This document shows, one piece after another, positions 56,410-64,000 of a stretch of DNA of 64,000 nucleotides. The position numbers were made by a program, and so were the translations under genes. The stretch comes from Chrysomallon squamiferum. Taxonomy: Eukaryota > Animalia > Mollusca. Position 1 is the first letter of the stretch. Each line of letters starts with the position of its first letter. The stretch covers positions 15,190,001 to 15,254,000 of the forward strand of contig CM022675.1 of assembly GCA_012295275.1 (NCBI GenBank), in the 5' to 3' direction. The notes beneath the pieces were generated by a model that saw nothing but the letters and a program-made list of their open reading frames with translations, was not told the DNA's origin and made no database searches.

Positions 56410-57627
56410 ATGAAAGAAGGAGTCGTGATACTTCTGTTTGCCTTAGTAGGATCCAGTGTGGCGATTTTCTTCACCTCCAGCAAACAGAACGACTACCCGC
56501 GAATAGGTAGACGCAGCTTCTACACAACCAGCAAAGAGAACACGTATCCGAGAATTGGCCGCAGGTCTCTAGAAAATACATACTCTAAGCAGAGACATGT
56601 TTTAGCGGAAAAACGAGCACTGTACACTGCCAGCAGTGAAAACAGCTATCCCCGCATAGGCAGAGGTGTATTCACTGACAGTGGAAATGGCAGATATTTC
56701 CCTCGTGTTGGTCGTCGGAAGGAATCATCAGAGGAATCTACTGAGGATAAAGTAGATTCGCATTACATAACAGAGCATACAGGCAACACGAAGATGTCCC
56801 CACTTACTCACAGGATGCCAGAACACTGGGATCTCAATGGTAAGAATCACTGAAAAATATTTTAATATACATATGTTTTTTTATTTCGATGATGTCCTAT
56901 TGTAATTTCAAAATTCAAACATTTTTTTTTTAATGCAATTTTACCCCCCCCCCATAAGAATTTTAAAATTATATATGTGTGAGTGTGTTAGGTGGCAAAA
57001 TCCAAATCAACAAAAATTACACAGTCGCTGTGTGTGCATTTGTGTATTTGTGTGTATGTGTGAACATCTATATCTATACATACATACATGCATATACCTA
57101 TATATAATATGAATATGCATTTTTACCTCATAATAATCTGTATACTCAAATTATGAATTACAGTATTTGACAAATTAATTACTAAAATCTTAAACTTGAG
57201 GATTTAACTAAATTAAACATGATTTTATGACGAATTCAAATGTGGAAAATAACAGAGAATTTATTTCTGAAATATTAATATAGTGTGATGAATGTTATTT
57301 TGTACTAAAGGAAGTAGCCGGCTTACCATGGATGATTTTTAAAGTATTTACTTTACTTGCCATCCGTCTCCAACGGCAGCTTCATAAAACTATGTCAGTG
57401 GCCTTCAATTCCTGAACACCACTCTGTTTTAGTAAACGTTTAGCATTTTATGTAATTATTTTTAGAGAGGCATCAAAAAGGACAGATTATCGTCCTTCCT
57501 AAAGGACATCTGGCCAGCGCAATATGTATGTATGCATGAATGTGAAGGTAGTACGGACGTATGTATTTGTTCACATATAGGCATATGATTTACATATTTA
57601 TACAATTAAATTATTAGACTAGAAATA

Positions 57628-57676
<49 letters not shown>

Positions 57677-57748
57677 GCAGAAGATGGAATCATCTCTCGC
57701 AAAGAATTCATCGAAGGCTTCCTGCACGCGAGGAAAAGACGGAAGTAG
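56410..57748 (+). CDS. pleurin: Pleurin (PRXamide family) neuropeptide precursor; coding exons 56410-56839 and 57681-57748 (~165 aa)
   Basis: Signal peptide MKEGVVILLFALVGSSVA precedes four amidated paracopies: IFFTSSKQNDYPRI-GRR, SFYTTSKENTYPRI-GRR, KR-ALYTASSENSYPRI-GR and GVFTDSGNGRYFPRV-GRR. A phase-1 GT-AG intron joins to (E)DGIISRKEFIEGFLHARKRRK*. The upstream acceptor is at 56391-56392. Confidence 0.9.
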
Positions 57749-59050
57749 ATTTTAAACATGATGTCGTTATTCGGCTATATTCGTCTAATTACATAAGGTG
57801 TATCCACTGAATGGAGCCGGCATAAAAGGATAGCTGATAATTCTTAGTAATTCGTCAATTTATAATTAACATTTTCTTTAATATACAGTTTCAGATAAGG
57901 TAAAATATTATCTTCTTTTTTTTTTCTTCTTTTTTTTCTAAATTACAAAGTCCTGTTCTCCAAGTACAACGAACATCAGAAGGAATAAGCTTTGAATCCA
58001 GAAAATATCCCGTGTTTCTAACCTCGAGCAACATTCTCATCGTGAACAGTTAGTGGATCGGAACTAGATTTATTCTAGAGTTACAAATTAAAACATTATT
58101 TTCTTCTTTCTTTTAATTAATTCCTGTATATTACAACTAATATAAATTAAAAATATATCTTCGTCGTTTCATTTTCAGGAGTTATTATTTGTAAACAACT
58201 TTTGAATAACTAAATCAACGGTTTTCATTGTTTTCTTCCCACTCTTTTCAGAGAAAACACAGTGGTTTAAATTAGTTATGTTCAGCCGACGATGAAGTAT
58301 TTTTCACTTCTTTTTTTTTTTTTTTTAAATGTTAGCAAAATGAATATTAATTTTTAAGTTATATCTAAAGTAAAACATCTACAAAAGGAGTATAAATATA
58401 TTAAAAATAATGTATTACTCTCTTTATCCATCGTGGGGCGGATAATAGAAAAAGAATGATCTATTAACAAACGAATTCAAAAAGATCGCGTAAACAGTTA
58501 TTAATTTATTAAAGAATGTTAGTTGTTGTGTATGTTTGTTTTGTTTCATGTTGTTTGGGTTTTTTGTTTGTTTGTTTTGTTGTGGTTTTTTTGTTGTGGT
58601 TTTTATTAATTTTCTTGTTGTTATTTCTTTTTCTTTTTTTTTTTTTTTAATGAAAGATGTTCACTGTCACTGATAAATATAATAACACATCTTTGTCTTT
58701 CAACAAATCAATTCATTTTATTTGTATTATGTTTTTGTTTTATTTCTCATTGCATAAAAAAGTATCCTAATTTAGCCTACATCGCTAATCTTATTTCTCA
58801 AATGAATTAGTGGTTCGAACATAAATTTGAAAAAGTGCAGTACAGCCTGCTCCGAGAAGTGATCCCGCTATATATTGCGTTGTTGAGATGTATACGACCT
58901 CGTTTCACAAACACGGAAATATTTACTGCACGCAGTTCAAAATCAAGGATAAATAGACTAATATACAAAATTACATAAGTTTATTTATTATGGAGTAAAG
59001 TATAAACCACTTTACCCTCTCCATCAGTGATTCGCCACTTAACTTACCTG

Positions 59051-59081
<31 letters not shown>

Positions 59082-59286
59082 GTACTACTTTCAAGACACA
59101 TTTCTACATCCTGGTTTTGTTTTCAACTTCCTTCTTGTCGAATGAAGCCAGCGATCACACAAAGTGTCATATATATGAAGACAAGATAAGTAACCTAATT
59201 TTTAAAAACATTTTATTAAGTAATTATAAAGTGAATACAATAAGCTACTGAACAGTTGCTAGGTATATTGTTGTAAATTTTAAAAA

Positions 59287-62200
59287 ATGGCGGACAGCGA
59301 TTTAACGGTGGACTTTTTACCGTCTAAGTATCGTGATGTTCCGCTGTTTGCTTTAAGGAATTCATATAGAAATAAGTTGTCTCAGTACATGAATCTTGTC
59401 AGACGTTTGCCTCACGAAACAACAGGCCTCACTCCGGACTACAATGGGCTGGCAGAATTGGTGGGTTTCGAGTGGTTGGATCAGGAAAATTTGTCTAGGG
59501 CTGAAAATCCGACAGCAGAACTTTTAAAAGAATGGAGTCTGCGTAACGATTTGAAACCAACAGTTGGAAATTTAGTTGATTACTTATTAAAACTTGGCCG
59601 TGAAGATGTCATCACTGACTGTAGAAATATACTACGTGAGTATTTTTATATTTTCTTTTTTGTCACTTAGTCTTATATATATATATATATTATAAATAAC
59701 AAAAATAATATGGTAGCTGCCCCTTAATAAACTACTTGAGAGAACCATTTACTCCATCAGAAATAATTTACAGATTTACCAGTTATATATATATTTTAAT
59801 GTGAACATTAATGTGAAATGGATTTATTCAGTGTTTATTCATTATGTTTAAGTTAAAACATCCAAGCACTGAGTTCAGTTAATTTTATAGTTTACTGAAG
59901 TAGGTTTGTGGTAGCACAAATTAGTCTAAATATAATTTATTTTATATGCCCCAAAAATTTTGTTTTTATAACCAGCCTTTTGAACTAAAAAAGTGCCAGA
60001 GTTTGTTATACAAGACCCACTGCTATAATGGTGTAATTTCATACAGTGAAACAAACAGAAATCTCAGAAGACTAATTTACAATAAAATTTTAGTTTTGAA
60101 TTTGAATTTTACTAAATGAGATGAAAAAAAATGAGAACAAAATAATGTCTTCAAAATATATTCAGATTATTTGTTAACAGAACTTTCTTATTGAAATTGT
60201 GACCAATCAGGTTCAAAAATGTTATACAGTGTTCTGACGCTGTTCTCTAATATGGAATAACAAGGAAACTGTTTCTGTCAGAATTTAAAAGAGAAATATT
60301 GGCTTTATAAAGCAATGTAAGCTGAACATTTTGTAATAAAAGTAACTCAGGCAGCTTTAGCAGAAAACATTAATTTTAAGAAATTAGAAGAAAAACACAA
60401 TAAATTCAGAGAACATTAATAATATTTTTAACTATAACAGTATTTATTAGAAAATTACTGAAGTAAAGGGTCATTTTAATTTTGTGTCCACTGAATATTA
60501 ATAAATAGCTTAAAGAAGTTTTTAAATCTGCTTGTCTGATGTTGTGATAAGGCACTGGGCTGTACTATATTATTTATGTTATAATTCTGTTGTAATATAA
60601 TATTTATGTTATGCTTTGGCTGTAATATATTATTTATGTTATAATTTGGCTGTAATACATTATTTATTTTATAATTTGGCTGTAATATATTATTCATGTT
60701 ATAATTTGGCTGTAATACATTATTTATTTTATAATTCAGTTGTAATGTAATATATAATTCAGATGTAATTTTTTGTCATAATTCAGCTGTAATATATTTT
60801 TGCTATAGAAGAAGTTTAATATTTTTCAGTGCGAGACATCGAAGCATATTTACAAAGAAGAAACGATAATCCTATACAGGATAGCACCGGTATATTAATA
60901 ACTAAGTAAAAATTTCCTTGTCTTTGTCTCTCTGTCTCTTCCTTCCTATCCATCTAATTTCTCCTTCCATCTTTCAGAAAAACCCTGTTTTTGACAAACT
61001 GCTTTAGAATTATTTTAACACTGAACTTAATACTTTGAACCTGTTCATGAAACATTCTTGTCCATAAATTCAAATCACTAATACATGTTAAAAACAAAGT
61101 ATAATAATAAAATATCAAACTGATTGGAGAATATTTAGAATACAGCATTTTATAAATAAATGTTTTAAAAAAATGTATATAAAAGAGATTCCAAATAGAC
61201 TGAGGAAATGGTAGCTTTGTGGTGAATCTACTGACCAAGTTTCCATGAAGAAAATAAAGTAACAAAAGAAGAAAATATTTAAACCTTTATATAAACTGTC
61301 AGCTTTCATTATGGATGGATAGCATCCAGATAAACTGTAAGTTTTGTTTGTAAATTTTGAATTTTTTATATTATTTTTTTGTAGTGACAGGAAGCAATGA
61401 AGTTGGTTTTGGAACATGTAAGTTCTTTGTTATCTTTTATTATTCAAGTAACAACAACATTAATAAAAAAATGTTAACTTATAATAATAAAAAATTCATC
61501 AAATGATTATTTTTAAGGTAACACTGTTGCAATGGTGGTAATGTTTTCTGTAATGTACAACATATATGTATTTCTGTACTGGTGGTAAAAGATGTCTACA
61601 GCTTACTGCTCAGTGTCACTTTGAGAAGTAAACCAAGATAACAAATTGTCAGCTGTTCAGACAGTTTGATGAACCATTTGTATGAATTATTAATTCTAAA
61701 AACCACACAACACTAAATGTGTAATTATTTGTATGCACTAGTTCATTGTTACAAAGTTGATTGTAATAATGTTTCAGGTAAAAACACGCTGTTGATTTTC
61801 TGGCACTCTTGGTTCTGGAGCATTTTGCTGAACTGAAAACATATAATAATAATAATCACAGTCAACTTCAAACTCACTACTTTGATGTATAAAATAATTA
61901 TACTATTGAAAGGGTAGTATACTTGTACAGTTTTAAATATATTTGTGTTGTTTTTGCAGTTACCAGTGAACAGGATGTTGATGAGATGCAGTGTATTACT
62001 GTTGGAGATGGCAAGTTTTGTTTTTTAATACTGATATTTGGGCAATGATGTAGTTTAATTAACTGACCTGCAAAAGAGAAGCAGTTTCTAAAGTGATCTC
62101 CCAAAAGTGTTACATAAAGTGAAAAATACTTAACTCTGTCTGGTAACCAAACTCAGGATTTTAAGTGAATGGAATGTGGAATTCTCTAGCTAAACAGACT

Positions 62201-63781
62201 GGAAATATTCTAAAAGCTAATAACAAAGATTTGTTGTTTTAAATTACAAACCACATTTTGCAAGTAGTTCCAATATTGTCAACTAGCAATTACTATCAAA
62301 GTTTTAAATTACTGTGACATTTTTATTCTACAATTACAGTGTTCACTGGAGAGAGACAGTACTATGATGCCTTCGTGTCTGTCTGTAGTCCAGATTCACA
62401 AGATTACCAGTTTGTCACAAATGTTCTTGTCCCCAAGTTAGAAAGTGCAGAGGTTGGCTTGAAACTCTGTGTGCCATGGAGGGATGATTTACCAGGAGCC
62501 TCCAAATATGCAACCAACGCACATTTAATCAGTGACAGGTAAATAAAAACAACCAGACACAACTGGTCAGAATTCCGTATTTTCCTGTCAATGTAGGTGA
62601 TATTAGAGGCCAGTCTTGAGTTGCCATGACTACTGTAGATTTTTACATGTTTCTTATATCAAAATAATCAGCAGTCCATCTTATTTCATAAATTGTTTAA
62701 TCATGCAGTATTAAAGTGTGTCACATGGAAAGACACTATTGATCACAATAATCTAGTGAAAAATTTAATATATCCATTCTGCATTATTATCTTCTCATAG
62801 TTAAACATGCTTATTTAGTTGAAATGTGCTGACAAGAAATTCTTTATCTGGTTTTGTTTAAGTCTACCTGCTTTCAGTGAAGATTTGTATCTTAGAAATT
62901 GTATTTTTAATAATTTGTTTCAGATGCAGAAGAATTATTCTAATCTTGTCACCAGAATTTCTAAAGAGTCAGATTTGTGAATTTCAGTTGAAATTTTCCC
63001 ACAGCTTATCACCATGTAAGTTAAAACAGGTGAAAAAAAGAAAATCTTTATTGTTGTTTTAAACAGAAAATAAAACCTGAGCACATGCTTCAGTATTTTA
63101 ATGCAGACATATTTACAGAAATATATAACAAAAATATTTTGATGGTAGAAACAAATTTTACTTTTTTCAAAAATAATTCTTAACATTAAATATCTGTAGT
63201 TGTTTTCAGATGCATTTGTAAAGGATGGAAAATAATGTTTACATTCTTGCAATTCATTTGCACAGTTTGTCATTGTAATGTACAATGTACATAATACATA
63301 CACAGTGTATATAATTTAAAAGATCTGTTAGAATTTTGAGAATCAAAATTAGTTTTCTATTGCACTTTATGTGCCCCAGACTATATTCTAATTTATTTTC
63401 TGTCAAATTTACATATAACAAAGTATAAAAATAAATAATAATAATAATAAAAATAAACAAATTCACAAAAACAATTGCCTCATTTTATCCTTAACATCTC
63501 CTAAATTACTTAGACATATTTAGCATAATTTATTCACGTTTCAGATGTTTCTGCTATGTATTTTTCTTAGGTTCACGTAAAAAGAAAATTATTCCTTTAA
63601 TCATTGAGCCTTGCGAAGTGCCTCCACTTTTGTACCAGGTTTCCACATGTGACTACACCAAGGAGAGTGTCACACCCTGGTTCTGGCCACGGCTAGAAGC
63701 CTCCATCAAAGCTCCCATAAACATCATTCCACCAACAGACACCAGCCTGCAAAACATCACATTAAACATCAGTCCAGTCAG
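59287..63781 (+). CDS. MYD88: MyD88 TLR adaptor (death domain + TIR); exons 59287-59635, 60830-60889, (61385-61417), 61960-62010, 62340-62538, 62924-63015, 63571-63781; 3' end unresolved
   Basis: Death domain PLFALRNSYRNKLSQYMN...DYNGLAELVGF...NPTAELLKEW...TVGNLVDYLLKLGREDV. TIR box 1 YYDAFVS, BB-loop RDDLPG, RCRRIILILSPEFLKS..CEFQLKFSHSLSP and box 3 DYTK...WFWPRL. All intron phases are compatible. Confidence 0.95.
60555..60800. repeat. 30-bp minisatellite (TGTAATATATTATTTATGTTATAATTTGGC) in MyD88 intron 1
   Basis: About 6 good copies plus degenerate ones, ending ~30 nt before the exon 2 acceptor. Confidence 0.88.
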
Positions 63782-64000
63782 GTAAATAAAAAATAAATAA
63801 CATAAAACTCGATATCAGCTCAAGTATATAAATAATAAATAACATATGGCATAACAACACCTATATTCCAGGTAAATAAATAATAAGTACAAAAATTAGT
63901 AGCAGCTACATTGTAGGTCATAGTTTCTTAAACTGGATTTTTCATGAGCTAACATTTGTTTCATTCCCAGTTTGAGAGAAATATAAATTCCACTCCAACT

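Overview
AT-rich, microsatellite-dense, intron-containing animal DNA, almost certainly molluscan (probably gastropod, judged from the luqin and pleurin peptides). Five plus-strand protein-coding genes were assembled by hand from splice signals and reading phase: a luqin (APQWRPQGRFamide) precursor, an intronless LicD/fukutin-family phosphotransferase, an AQP4-clade aquaporin with an atypical pore (NPA/NPI motifs, filter A-I-G-R), a pleurin (PRXamide) precursor whose spliced C-terminus forms an EF-hand loop, and MyD88, which runs to the window edge with a GC-AG intron and a candidate 33-nt microexon. The non-coding part holds a decayed FLYWCH/MULE transposon with a nested LINE fragment, a second LINE 3' fragment, a hAT-Charlie-type MITE with an 8-bp TSD, a 49/57-bp minisatellite fused to the luqin splice acceptor, and a 123-bp higher-order repeat grading into 25-bp monomers. 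Most short ORFs in the supplied track are microsatellite artefacts. No rRNA, tRNA or CRISPR is seen. All exon models are inferred without transcript data.
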